64,000 nucleotides of DNA. Origin: an uncultured virus (IMG/VR IMGVR_UViG_3300011438_000001). Taxonomy: Duplodnaviria > Heunggongvirae > Uroviricota > Caudoviricetes. The notes under the pieces were generated by a model. The model was not told the DNA's origin, did no database searches, and was given only the letters and a program-made list of their open reading frames with translations. The stretch lies in the IMG/VR virus record IMGVR_UViG_3300011438_000001; one strand, given 5' to 3'. Of the stretch, positions 38,501-47,665 are shown in pieces; within the stretch, counting starts at the first letter, position 1, and each line of letters begins with the position of its first letter. Position numbers and translations under genes: made by a program.

Positions 38501-39472
38501 GGCGGAACTTCATCCTGCGGATCCGTCACAGCCCTGGAGACCTTCACTGCCCATCAAGTCTCGTCGGGCGCGGTGACTACGTCTAGCTTGACGGAACTTA
38601 ATCCTTCCGCTGATTGGTCTGGCGCTCAATACACCGACCTGACCTACCTGCATGCGCGGGGCGGCAGCACCTTCACCTCCGTTCCATCATTTACAACATC
38701 CGCCACCACAGACATAATTGCCGCCGGCCTCACCCCAGCCACCTATGAGGTGCGCCTTGGGGGCGTAGCGGTCAGCGGCTGCACCGCCATCGTTGTGATC
38801 ACCGGGGACAACACGATCTACTGCCCAGACGTCGGGGCAGGGGCCATAACCATCGTCCAGAACGGCGCCGGCCCCGATCCCATCATCATCACCACCACAA
38901 CATTGCCCGACGGCACCCAAGCCGTTCCCTATTCGCAAGCATTAACGCTCACCGGCGGGACTCCCGCTTATAATTGCTCCATCATCAGCGGATCGCTGCC
39001 TGTTGGCCTCTCGATTTCCGTCGCAACGATCTCAGGCACACCCTCCAGCTTTGGCCTCTCGTCCTTCACGGTCTCCTGCACGGATAGTTTAGGCGCCACG
39101 CCCGACACTGCAGCCCTGACCATCAACATCATCTCCTCGGGAAGCCCCATCAACATCACTACGACCACCTTGCTGGATGGAACTCAAGGGGCAGCGTATT
39201 CGCAAACGCTCACCATCACCGGCGGGACTCCTCCTTACAATTGCTCGATTATCAGTGGTGCATTGCCCACCGGCCTGTCGATCTCGGTGGCGACGATCAG
39301 CGGAACGCCCAGCAGCGCCGGCTTGTCGTCATTTACGGTCTCCTGCACTGATTCGGTTGCCGGCACGCCCGACACTGCAGCACTGACGATCCTGGTCAAC
39401 CTGCCGGCTGCGTCTGGAGCCGGTGGACTGCGGCGTGGAGGGAAACAAGTCCAGGGCGGGAAGGTCTTCTAA
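35597..39472 (+). CDS. secreted multidomain protein: FCCH-like barrels, heparinase II/III-like lyase region and two putative Ig domains
   Basis: MKILPVLVLMAVPLPLSA signal; SRSGW...DH....GDYCI; two ITTTTL.DGTQ..YSQ.LT.TGGTP.Y repeats. Confidence 0.65.
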   Translation: MKILPVLVLMAVPLPLSAVDIYLRTHDNKNCRVIGATFATPIVVTCAAAHNMAAGDRVWFSNIAGNFATNGLRYVEIPSATTLRLYSDAAMTVPVIGSGTWINGNNGANAGGYQIAGVVAPYTLQPSPRISWNPAGEMIEFGASVENGLLVNISDSSTTATATYSRAHGLAVGNRICIFGATDPDLNCSSTAGTSVYFTITAVPSPTTIQWVTASVTDAVYNNTNLTISSWAQGGNPAWIAVNSFRSFLTGGSPPAYTLGRRDYQKETASSLATICYLNRSDTEACTIAEHAINNPQTGWHNGGCDETIANCGDDAGDYASIGGEHLAYIYDLMKNTSYLDAGEKTAFRNAMLNDLGDSCTKLVPAIGAGSISVVGNEAVNGLLTGTGTNFLTSVTVGSILVARYNPADPISAAETIHVNAVIDNEHLTVNTSTSVPNTANPMGLYSIIDPRTSTSCGLWWFLKHHNGTPLAHPIYYPPVGGYTLSEAVDPINNMTQSKLHIAILFGLAMADEDPRAAILLSDASVWWMDYMQPTQRGQYTGMTQGGNNYYFARVAYMAVDIPTFWRNGFVGGPDWTGAGYIKPFQDAFRFLWHPNAAVGTRNWCVWAFGADADGTACWNGMGGHMISFPASSRISPASAETSKFMYWYNNVAGFNASTISAGNSYQANNIFKRQPPNPNVATTNYLSDPTQRLFRVAASDLTWCTEVGSTIPCPPTGSSGMAYMFSRSGWTSTTDSAVSYSSASFYSDHDTRRAGDYCIVKGNGLICGDSYAVAQSLGNMGNNASFGRMNMYLFGGLTTNQGQTGVINGNVQVQHYHAPILRWAGGANNDGRSDSAFAYVLSNLATTWQSGLTRQHRALLHYKRSGKQEHVIVWDDVLRTAAGTIEYFAHFVQDGESGEGTTSCPSGDTTCASVNTSKQVNTATAGSAQSVVTKFFAPTGSNMFLQVNAADGSYSGGLNHTYRVTRCGGTSSCGSVTALETFTAHQVSSGAVTTSSLTELNPSADWSGAQYTDLTYLHARGGSTFTSVPSFTTSATTDIIAAGLTPATYEVRLGGVAVSGCTAIVVITGDNTIYCPDVGAGAITIVQNGAGPDPIIITTTTLPDGTQAVPYSQALTLTGGTPAYNCSIISGSLPVGLSISVATISGTPSSFGLSSFTVSCTDSLGATPDTAALTINIISSGSPINITTTTLLDGTQGAAYSQTLTITGGTPPYNCSIISGALPTGLSISVATISGTPSSAGLSSFTVSCTDSVAGTPDTAALTILVNLPAASGAGGLRRGGKQVQGGKVF

Positions 39473-39475
39473 AGG

Positions 39476-42022
39476 ATGGCCAGAAGGCGAACGGCACGGC
39501 AGACTCCAGCGACTGGTCTAGCCGTCCCGCAGGAGCAACTCTTTGAAGCCGCGGCGCAGGCGCACCAGCTTCGCCAATCGACTTTGGAAGCATTGGGAGG
39601 TGGGGGCTCCGCCGGCCCCAATGATGGATCTACTCCTGCTTATGTTCAAGCTCCAGAAATTGGAGCCCCCAAATGGGAAGCCCTCCCCTGCCGCGCCGTT
39701 TATCTCGCCATCAAGAACCACGGCCGCTATTCGTTGCAACACGTTGCGGCGCAGCAAATCGCCAACGACGCATTGACCGCTTATATCTATGGCCAATCCT
39801 GGGCGGATCCTCTTTACCGTCCCAGCCCGCAGATGCGCGTTGCATATAGAAAGGAATTCGAAATTGGCATGGGCGGGGCAAAGGGCGGGGCGAAGACGTT
39901 CCTCCTGCCGATGTGGATGACCTGGGGCAATCCATGGTTGCCGGAATATGAGGACGGCCGGTTGATCCTCCATCGCCGGTCCTATCTCTACCATCCCAAT
40001 TTTATTGGCCTGATCCTGCGCCGCAACCAAGTCGATATGGTGGAGATCATTCAAAAGTCCAAGGACATCTTTGGGCTCTTTGGAGGTTATTATTCCACCG
40101 CAGACTCCACCTACCGTTTTCCTAATGGCGGCATGGTCGGGTTCGGGCATATTGCGGATAAGAATTCTTACAAAAAATACTTTGGCCGCAACATCACCAA
40201 ACTCGCCATCGATGAATTGGTGCAGGTTGAGGAATTGAAAACCTATGAGCAGATCAAATCCTGCGTCCGTTCAGCCTATCCAGACCTTCGCGCCCAAATT
40301 CTCTGCACCTTCAACCCCAAGGGCGGGCCGGGCGTTGCCTGGGTCTTTGATTACTACATAGAGCCTAAACAGAGGCATCCTACGGAAAAGGATGTGTTGA
40401 TCCCCATTCTAGGGAGCGATGGGTTGCCTATAAAAGCATTCGACGGGGCCGGCCGGGCGACTTATCCAGAGCCATCCATCAAGGCCAAGGTCGATATGAA
40501 GATGGTCTATGCACGGCTTGGCGTGGAGGCGCCGGCCGGGACCAGCGATTCACTAGATAGATGCTTTATTCCAGCGTTTGTCACCGACAATCCATATCTT
40601 CTAGATGATCCCACCTACGTCAAATCCCTTGCCTCTCTAGACGAGGACGATAGAGATGCGTATTTATTTGGCAAATGGGAGATGGGCGGCGGGGCTTACT
40701 TTGCGAATTTTCGTCCCATGCGTTTAGAACATGAACCAGAGAATGCTTGTCATGTTGTGAAGGGACTAGGGCAATTCCATGTCCCTGGTGGGAGGCTTGA
40801 TTCCCTAGGCCGGGAGATTGACCTAACCGACAAGAAGATCTTGTCTCGACCTATCTCCTTCTGGTGGGATCGCGACATCGGCGGGGACTGGGGATTCGGC
40901 CATGAGGCAGCTTTCTATTGGGGGGCGCAGAATCCATCCACCCATCAAATCGACGTTTATCGCGAGAGGGTCTTTCATGAGACCATGCCGGAATCGGTCG
41001 GCTTTGAAGTCGGGAGAGAATCTGCGCAGGAGTTGAGAGAGCATCCTGCCCATCGCATGAATCTTTGGCTAGGTGGAGACGTTGAGGAGAATAGATCAGG
41101 TGGTGGCCGGCAGATCATCGAGCTGATCGCCGCGGGGATCCGCCAAGCGATCGGGCCTAACATGGTCCACATGCCGGATTATGTAGCGGCGCAAATTGCG
41201 CGAGCCCAGCGCGGCCGGGAGATGGAACGTGATTTTGCCTCAGCTGCGCAGATGCCCAATGGGCAGGAGGCTTCACCAATTGATTGGCTGGATCCAGAAT
41301 CGCTTCGCCAAGTGAAGTTGCAACGGGCTAGTGGAATCATCATCCGTCGTGCGCTAAGCGACCGGGTTATTGGGTGGCAATTGTGCCGATCCATGATGCG
41401 ATGGGCTCCGATTGTTCCATTTGATTCGCAGCAGTTCGATGCCAACGTTGCCCTCTCTACGCTCTTTAGTGGGATGGGATCTGGCGGGGGATCCTACGAA
41501 TTCAACCAGTATATGAACGAGATGGCCAAGCAGCGTCTGGAGGTTCTTCCACGACTGCAGATCTGGGATAACTGCGTGCGGTTGATTCAAGCCATTCCTC
41601 TAGCTAAGAAGGATGAGCGGCATCCGGACGTCGTTGACAAGACGCATTTCCGCGGGATGGACCTTCTAGACGCTTGGCGATACTTATTGATGGGGATGAA
41701 TGAGAGAAAGGTCGGGGAGAAGGAGCCGTTGGAGGTGGCGATCGAGCGGGAATTTGAACTCAACCTGCATAAATCTGAGCAAAGAACCGGCAAGGGAATG
41801 GACATCAACCAGATGATCCAGATGCGAGCCTTCATCGAGAGCGACATGCGCCGGCAGCGGGGGAAGGACAAAGGGATGCCGGTGGAGAATTTGATTGCCG
41901 CCAGGGGGAATGGCGCTGGAGCTACGGCAGTCAGCCGGCAGCTGGCGGCGCGAGCCCGCGTGCAGCAGATGTTGAAGGGGCAGTTGGGGCCGAATCTACA
42001 ATCCGACTGGCGGCGGGGTTAG
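39476..42022 (+). CDS. terL: terminase large subunit
   Basis: GGAKGGAKT Walker A, AIDE Walker B, TFNP.GG.G..WV, nuclease GGDWGF and DLLDAWRY. Confidence 0.9.
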   Translation: MARRRTARQTPATGLAVPQEQLFEAAAQAHQLRQSTLEALGGGGSAGPNDGSTPAYVQAPEIGAPKWEALPCRAVYLAIKNHGRYSLQHVAAQQIANDALTAYIYGQSWADPLYRPSPQMRVAYRKEFEIGMGGAKGGAKTFLLPMWMTWGNPWLPEYEDGRLILHRRSYLYHPNFIGLILRRNQVDMVEIIQKSKDIFGLFGGYYSTADSTYRFPNGGMVGFGHIADKNSYKKYFGRNITKLAIDELVQVEELKTYEQIKSCVRSAYPDLRAQILCTFNPKGGPGVAWVFDYYIEPKQRHPTEKDVLIPILGSDGLPIKAFDGAGRATYPEPSIKAKVDMKMVYARLGVEAPAGTSDSLDRCFIPAFVTDNPYLLDDPTYVKSLASLDEDDRDAYLFGKWEMGGGAYFANFRPMRLEHEPENACHVVKGLGQFHVPGGRLDSLGREIDLTDKKILSRPISFWWDRDIGGDWGFGHEAAFYWGAQNPSTHQIDVYRERVFHETMPESVGFEVGRESAQELREHPAHRMNLWLGGDVEENRSGGGRQIIELIAAGIRQAIGPNMVHMPDYVAAQIARAQRGREMERDFASAAQMPNGQEASPIDWLDPESLRQVKLQRASGIIIRRALSDRVIGWQLCRSMMRWAPIVPFDSQQFDANVALSTLFSGMGSGGGSYEFNQYMNEMAKQRLEVLPRLQIWDNCVRLIQAIPLAKKDERHPDVVDKTHFRGMDLLDAWRYLLMGMNERKVGEKEPLEVAIEREFELNLHKSEQRTGKGMDINQMIQMRAFIESDMRRQRGKDKGMPVENLIAARGNGAGATAVSRQLAARARVQQMLKGQLGPNLQSDWRRG

Positions 42023-42044
42023 GGAAGGGGTAGGATAGAAAGCA

Positions 42045-42488
42045 ATGCCGATCAAAGATTTGCGACCATCGTCGCAAGAATTTCGAATGGCGCAGGAGAG
42101 GGTTGCAGAACTCGAAGCGATGTTCCATCAAGCCCTCCAGCGGGCGATCTTCGCAGAAGCCTCTCGAGATGCTGCCCTGGAGACGAATTCGAAATTGTGG
42201 GATCTGTTGAAAGCGAATGTTGAAGCAAAGCCGGTTGCTCCTGTGGTTGCCGTTGCTCCGCCTCCAGTGCTCCCGCAGGCGCCCAACCTCATGGCCAAGG
42301 GAACATCGCCTGCTCTTGCCCCCAAGCCTCCTGCCCCACCAGATTCCCATCCGACCATGATCGACCGGCTGGCCAGCCAGATGGTTCTGCAGGACCACAC
42401 CCGGCGGGACTGGCCGCATGATGTTGCGTTGCAAGCCGCCAATGATCAGCTCTTCCTTCCTGTTGTTCCATCCATCGAGACCAACTAA
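42045..42488 (+). CDS. hypothetical coiled-coil/Pro-rich protein
   Basis: ORF between terminase and portal. Confidence 0.6.
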   Translation: MPIKDLRPSSQEFRMAQERVAELEAMFHQALQRAIFAEASRDAALETNSKLWDLLKANVEAKPVAPVVAVAPPPVLPQAPNLMAKGTSPALAPKPPAPPDSHPTMIDRLASQMVLQDHTRRDWPHDVALQAANDQLFLPVVPSIETN

Positions 42489-42500
42489 TTTGAGAAAACA

Positions 42501-45218
42501 ATGATCCCCATCCTTCCGCCCGCCAACCTCCGCGGTTCCGGACCTGCGTCCTCCAACGGAAGGATCGATCCCTCGCAGCTCTGGGAGAATCAAACTTTTA
42601 GATCAGTCCTCTCCAAATTCCTGCACCATGTCGTCGTCGAGATGGCGATGTCTCCTGCGGATCGCGCATTCGTCCAAGCCAATGCTTTGATTAATAACGC
42701 ATATTACCGTGGGAGACAGTATCTCGACATGCTCACCAGTGGGACTGGATCTGGAACTTACCAGACGACCATGAACGCCGGCGGGGCTGAGTCGGTTCGT
42801 CTTGCCACGACATCCTCCACTTCGTTTGGGACCACTCAAGACCTGCTCATCAATTATCAACTCCCTATCTTCCAGGGGGACGTTGATAAATATTTGTCGG
42901 TCCTTGGAACGCGATCCCCCAACGCTCAGGGGCTTTATGATGTCCCGGGGGATCCTAAAGCCACCCAGGTCCAGCGGCTGGCCAATCGACTGGTCCCATA
43001 TATGAAGAAGGCCTTCAATGTGGATCAGAATCATGCGGATTTGATCTTGCAACGCGCATTAAGCGGGCCGGTCTGGGGCGGAGTCTTTGTCCAACGTTTT
43101 AACAACAAGGCAGGGGGAGCAGCTGGCGCTCCCAACGACCCTCAAACCTTCAAAGGGACGATCCAAAAACCGCAAGGCGAGGTCTCATGGAACTGCCCCA
43201 AATGCGGGACTTCGAATTCCCAGGCGGATGTCATCGAGATGCAAGGCCGATGCTTGCAATGCGGCAATCTGTTGTCTCACCAGGATATGCAGCAGCCTGA
43301 CCTTGCCAATGCAGATTTCTCCGCCACGACCATGGGTGGTCCCCCCGCCGGCGCTGACCCAAATTCCCGTTGGCTCACCACCTACATCCAAGGTTCAGTG
43401 ACGTTAGTGGAAGTTCCATATTGGTGCAAGGATCCTGAGTCTTATCCGTGGGTCCACTTTGCCCAGGAGCAGGATCGCTGGTCGTTGTTGGCAAAGTACA
43501 AAAGAGCTGGATTCAACATCGACCCCGACAAGGTCAACTTCATGGGGCGCCAAGCTCTTGGCCCTGGCATCGGCGCCATCCATCAAGGCCAATCGCATCG
43601 GTTCCTTCAAACCCCCCGCGCCGGCATTGCGGCCAGTGCAGATCTCTCCACCAGTTCTATGGGCGCCATGGGGACCAATCATTCCGGTTATCCCACTCGC
43701 AACTACTGGCGGGAGGAACAAATCTGGGTCCACCCGGATCTCTACTCCTGGTTTGATGATTCGTCTAATGATCCCACTGGGGAGGTTGGCGCCTACTTCA
43801 AAGAGAATTTCCACCGTGGGGCAAGGCAATGCTTCGTCAATTCCATTCCCGTGGCGACTTTCGACGAAACGCCATCTGAACATTGGTATCAAGTTCCCGG
43901 GCCTTCAGAGGGCGCCTACTACGATGCAACGTTCACTTGCTATCGCGAAATCATCGACGCGATCAATGTTGTCGTGGACCAAGCCGTTCGGGTCATCCAA
44001 CATGCAACTGGGGAAGTTTTCTTCGACGGGGAGCTAATTAGTGAAGATCGTCTAAAGTCCCTCCCCCCTTCCATCGCCCGGTGGATTCCCGTCGTGATGT
44101 CCAAAGAGGAAACGCTTTCCAATTTCATCCATAAGGTGCAAGGTGCAGAACTACCGGAACAATTACCAAAGCTTTTGGAAATGCTCGTCTCCCTTGCTCG
44201 TGAGGCAGTGGGGATCACCCCTGCTCTCTTTGGCGCTGGCCCAGGGGACGAGACGGCCAGGGCCGCAGAAATTCGCCGCACCCAAGCCCTTGCCCAATTC
44301 AACCCAACATGGCAGGCAGTTAGAAAATTCTGGGCCGAGATCTACCGTCGTGGGGCGCGGCTCATAGCTCGCAACGCCGGCCAGGATGGAGCATTGTGGA
44401 CCCGCTCTGCAATGCTGAATCCGGAAGCTTCACCAATCATCCTCAAGAGGATCAAAATTCTCTTGGATGAAAACTGGTCCTACTTCACAGAAGAAGCAGT
44501 TCCTTTGTCTCCAGGTGCTCGACGAAACTGGATTGAAGATGTCCTGCGCCAGACTCCCCCCGAAGTGCTTGCGGCCATGGGCATGATCAACCCCGCGACT
44601 GGAGAAGCACGGCCGCAAAATCTAAACCTCATTAAGGAGGTGGTCCAGCTCGACGATTGGTGGCTTCCGTCTTATAACGCCTATCAAAGAATTCACGACA
44701 TGATCGGGCGGATCGTTGCCGGCGAAGGGGACCAGATGATGGTTGCGGATCCGATGTTGATTCCTCCCCCGCTGGTGGTGGAGATCATGAGCGACTGGCT
44801 GATTTCCGATGCCGGTGCAGATTTAGAGATCGACAATCCCGCGGCATGGCAGGAAGTCCGGATGGCGATCGACGAGTGGGCTTCGTTAATCCCACCGCCG
44901 GTTCCGTTGGGGCCAGACGGCCAGCCGCTCCCGCCACCTCCTCCTGGCGAGGAGGGGATGCCGCCTGGGGAACCGATGCCCCCAGAAGAGGGGATGCCTC
45001 CTGGTGGACCATCACCTCCGCAGATGATGATGCCTCCTGGGGGCGGTCCCGACCCCAACATGCTCCAGCCGCCGGTTGAAGGGGAAGGTGGGCTCGGCGC
45101 AGAGCTGCCGCCCCAAGAATTGCTCGACCCTGAGATGATGGCCGCGCAGATCGGGCAATTGCCGGGGCAGTTCGTAGATCTGGCTGAGCCGCCGCCCAAC
45201 AACCTGCGGCCGATGTAG
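42501..45218 (+). CDS. portal protein (podovirus-like) with Zn-ribbon insertion and Pro-rich tail
   Basis: size and position; AREAVGITPALFG...ETARAAEIRRTQA matches the portal pattern; CPKC/CLQC. Confidence 0.8.
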   Translation: MIPILPPANLRGSGPASSNGRIDPSQLWENQTFRSVLSKFLHHVVVEMAMSPADRAFVQANALINNAYYRGRQYLDMLTSGTGSGTYQTTMNAGGAESVRLATTSSTSFGTTQDLLINYQLPIFQGDVDKYLSVLGTRSPNAQGLYDVPGDPKATQVQRLANRLVPYMKKAFNVDQNHADLILQRALSGPVWGGVFVQRFNNKAGGAAGAPNDPQTFKGTIQKPQGEVSWNCPKCGTSNSQADVIEMQGRCLQCGNLLSHQDMQQPDLANADFSATTMGGPPAGADPNSRWLTTYIQGSVTLVEVPYWCKDPESYPWVHFAQEQDRWSLLAKYKRAGFNIDPDKVNFMGRQALGPGIGAIHQGQSHRFLQTPRAGIAASADLSTSSMGAMGTNHSGYPTRNYWREEQIWVHPDLYSWFDDSSNDPTGEVGAYFKENFHRGARQCFVNSIPVATFDETPSEHWYQVPGPSEGAYYDATFTCYREIIDAINVVVDQAVRVIQHATGEVFFDGELISEDRLKSLPPSIARWIPVVMSKEETLSNFIHKVQGAELPEQLPKLLEMLVSLAREAVGITPALFGAGPGDETARAAEIRRTQALAQFNPTWQAVRKFWAEIYRRGARLIARNAGQDGALWTRSAMLNPEASPIILKRIKILLDENWSYFTEEAVPLSPGARRNWIEDVLRQTPPEVLAAMGMINPATGEARPQNLNLIKEVVQLDDWWLPSYNAYQRIHDMIGRIVAGEGDQMMVADPMLIPPPLVVEIMSDWLISDAGADLEIDNPAAWQEVRMAIDEWASLIPPPVPLGPDGQPLPPPPPGEEGMPPGEPMPPEEGMPPGGPSPPQMMMPPGGGPDPNMLQPPVEGEGGLGAELPPQELLDPEMMAAQIGQLPGQFVDLAEPPPNNLRPM

Positions 45219-45225
45219 AATTGCG

Positions 45226-45255
45226 CTAGAAAGATCTGACAAGATCTGATAAGCT
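45226..45255 (+). promoter_or_regulatory. promoter TAGAAA-17-TAAGCT with operator repeats (AGATCTGACAAGATCTGATAAG) in the spacer
   Basis: read directly. Confidence 0.6.
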
Positions 45256-45266
45256 GTGGTTTCATC

Positions 45267-45524
45267 ATGTCTCAATTGAACATCAACACCGTCACTGGAG
45301 AATCCCCCGAAATCGCCGCCTTCGTCGATGACATCTTCGAATATCACAAGTGGGATGACGCCAAAGTCGCCAAGGGCAAGCTCGTGCGCGAGGCTCTTGC
45401 GCATGCCGTGAAGATCATCATCGCTAACGTTCCGCCTAGTCCTGATCGATCTGTTGCAATTCGCAAGATTCGTGACGCTCGAATGGACTGCAATTCGGCG
45501 ATCACGCATGATGGGAAATTCTAA
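45267..45524 (+). CDS. Acb2/Tad1-like hairpin domain protein (candidate cyclic-nucleotide sponge)
   Basis: IFEYH...VRE......I...VPPSPDRSVAIRKIRDARMDCNSAI matches the family pattern. Confidence 0.65.
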   Translation: MSQLNINTVTGESPEIAAFVDDIFEYHKWDDAKVAKGKLVREALAHAVKIIIANVPPSPDRSVAIRKIRDARMDCNSAITHDGKF

Positions 45525-47585
45525 ATGATTCGTCCACTCTCCTTCTCCTTTGCCTCGCTATTGGATCCTGCTCCTGTTGCTGGTGGTGGCGCAGGGGCGC
45601 CGGCTGAACCCACTCGTATGGGCACCCCTGGCGCAGACCAGTCCATCCCAACCGGCGGGACCGTCGGTGGCAACATCGCCAACGCAATCAAACAAGGGAT
45701 GGCGATGGTTCAAGCCGTAGGAGCAGCTGCTGCTCCAGCCCCTGCAGGGATCGCCGGGATGGATGGAACGACTCCAGTTGCGCTTGCCCCAACTCCTGCT
45801 GCTGTACCTGCGACGGTGCAGCCTCCTCTTGGCGCCCCAAATCTCACTCCTGCCGGGGCGCCGGCCGTGCCTGCCCAACCCGCTGCCGTCCCTCCTGGAA
45901 CTGGTCAGGGATCTCCTTCCTCGGGCCAGCCTCCAGCCGGCAGCGGAGTGGCAGGTTCGGAGCCGCCGGCGGCACCTGCTGGTGTCTCAACCGCACCTCC
46001 TGCTACTCCACCAGCCCCTGAGCCTTTTGTTGGATTGACCGACGATGAATTGCTGGCGGCTGCATCGACTCCGATCGGAACTCCGCCAGCCTCCGGGGAA
46101 GCACCCGCGCCAGTACCAGGAGCCGACCCCGCGACGGCTGCTGCCACTGCTGGCGCCTCGGCCCCCGGAGCTGCACCGACCATCCAACCCGCCACCTTCA
46201 CCGGCCTTTCCCCGGACGAAAATACGCAGCTCAACAACCTCGTTCAACGGGTCGTCACCGCGGGCTCCCCCACCGACACTGGAATTCTCGAGACGATGCT
46301 CCTGCGCTCGTCCCGCGGCCAGCGCATGCTGGAATCTTTCAAGACGATCCAGGCTCTGGAAGCCCCGCCCAACCCCGATGGCTCAGGTGGGCTCGGCTAC
46401 GCTCCAGCCCCGGATGAAATCCGCCAATGGCAAGCTGACCATGACTATACCGAAAGATTAGTCGATCGATTCAACACCGGCACGGCAGAATCCACGCAGG
46501 AATTCTGGCAGATGATCCTCGGCCGGGATCCCGAATCCACCTTGTCGCGAAACCCAGGCGCCCGTGCGGTTTTCGAGAACCTTCCCCAACTGGCTGAACG
46601 TTCCCCAGCTCTCCGCCAAGCGATCGCCGCACCTATCGAGCACCAACTTATCTCCACCATGCACGACTTTGTGCAACGGCTTCCTGGTGGGGCTATCGGC
46701 ACCCCAGAGAATGAAGCCAAGGAAGCAATGATCTGGGCGATCAACGCTCTCAACTCTCGAGTCTTTGGCCGGCAGGAAATTGCAAGGGAGGCTTTTTATG
46801 CGGCGGGTCCGATGCTGCCCAAGATGGGTACAAATCGCAGCGTGGGAGCTGGAGCTGCTTCTAATGCACCAGCAGCCCCAAATGGTGTTCCCAATGGTGC
46901 TGCAACCGAAGATCCCAACTCCGAAGTCGCCCGGCTCCGCGCCCGGGTCGAAGCCGCTGATCGCGTTGCTTTCAATAACGCCGTCGCCCGCATCGCCGTT
47001 CCATTTGAAACCGCCCAAGCCAATCTTACCGCCACTGTAGTCTCGAAAGCATTAGGAGCCCTACGTGCCGTTCGCGATCCTGGCGACTTTGCCCTCATCC
47101 AAGACAAATTCCTGGCAGAGCTTCAACCTTCCGTTGAATCCCTCCCGGCCTACCAAGCCCTCGATCGCGACATCGCTAAGGCCTTGCAGCAGAACGCCAG
47201 ATCTGGTAAACTTCCCGTGACTGTCGAGCAATCGTTGCTCAAACGGTATGGTCGAATCGTGCAATCGGTGATTGCGCGAAAGGCTGACGGGTTCGTCAAG
47301 CAGCATTTTCGGCCGTTCAATGGCCAGCAGGCGCAGCCGGTGGGTTCTCCTGCTTCAGTGAATGGTGGAAATGCAGCCGCAGCCCCGATGCCGGCGGCAA
47401 TGGGTCTGCCAAGCCAGGGGGCTGGGCGACCTGGGGTTGGTGTTGCTCCAACTGGACAACCAGGGCAGCAGCAGCAAACTGCACCGCCTCCTAATCCTTC
47501 AGGCGCCAACCGTCCAGGCACGACCGCTTCCAGGATCACTGATCGAATTAAGGCGGCAACATCGGGCCAATTTGCCCAAGGTTAG
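45525..47585 (+). CDS. capsid scaffolding protein (putative)
   Basis: directly before the MCP; Pro/Ala-rich disordered ends around a helical core. Confidence 0.65.
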   Translation: MIRPLSFSFASLLDPAPVAGGGAGAPAEPTRMGTPGADQSIPTGGTVGGNIANAIKQGMAMVQAVGAAAAPAPAGIAGMDGTTPVALAPTPAAVPATVQPPLGAPNLTPAGAPAVPAQPAAVPPGTGQGSPSSGQPPAGSGVAGSEPPAAPAGVSTAPPATPPAPEPFVGLTDDELLAAASTPIGTPPASGEAPAPVPGADPATAAATAGASAPGAAPTIQPATFTGLSPDENTQLNNLVQRVVTAGSPTDTGILETMLLRSSRGQRMLESFKTIQALEAPPNPDGSGGLGYAPAPDEIRQWQADHDYTERLVDRFNTGTAESTQEFWQMILGRDPESTLSRNPGARAVFENLPQLAERSPALRQAIAAPIEHQLISTMHDFVQRLPGGAIGTPENEAKEAMIWAINALNSRVFGRQEIAREAFYAAGPMLPKMGTNRSVGAGAASNAPAAPNGVPNGAATEDPNSEVARLRARVEAADRVAFNNAVARIAVPFETAQANLTATVVSKALGALRAVRDPGDFALIQDKFLAELQPSVESLPAYQALDRDIAKALQQNARSGKLPVTVEQSLLKRYGRIVQSVIARKADGFVKQHFRPFNGQQAQPVGSPASVNGGNAAAAPMPAAMGLPSQGAGRPGVGVAPTGQPGQQQQTAPPPNPSGANRPGTTASRITDRIKAATSGQFAQG

Positions 47586-47665
47586 TTTGGCGATTCCACG
47601 TCCTTCGCTAGATTGATCCGGTAGGTGGGCTGGTTGTTGCAACCAGAAAAAGGAACCCACCACCA

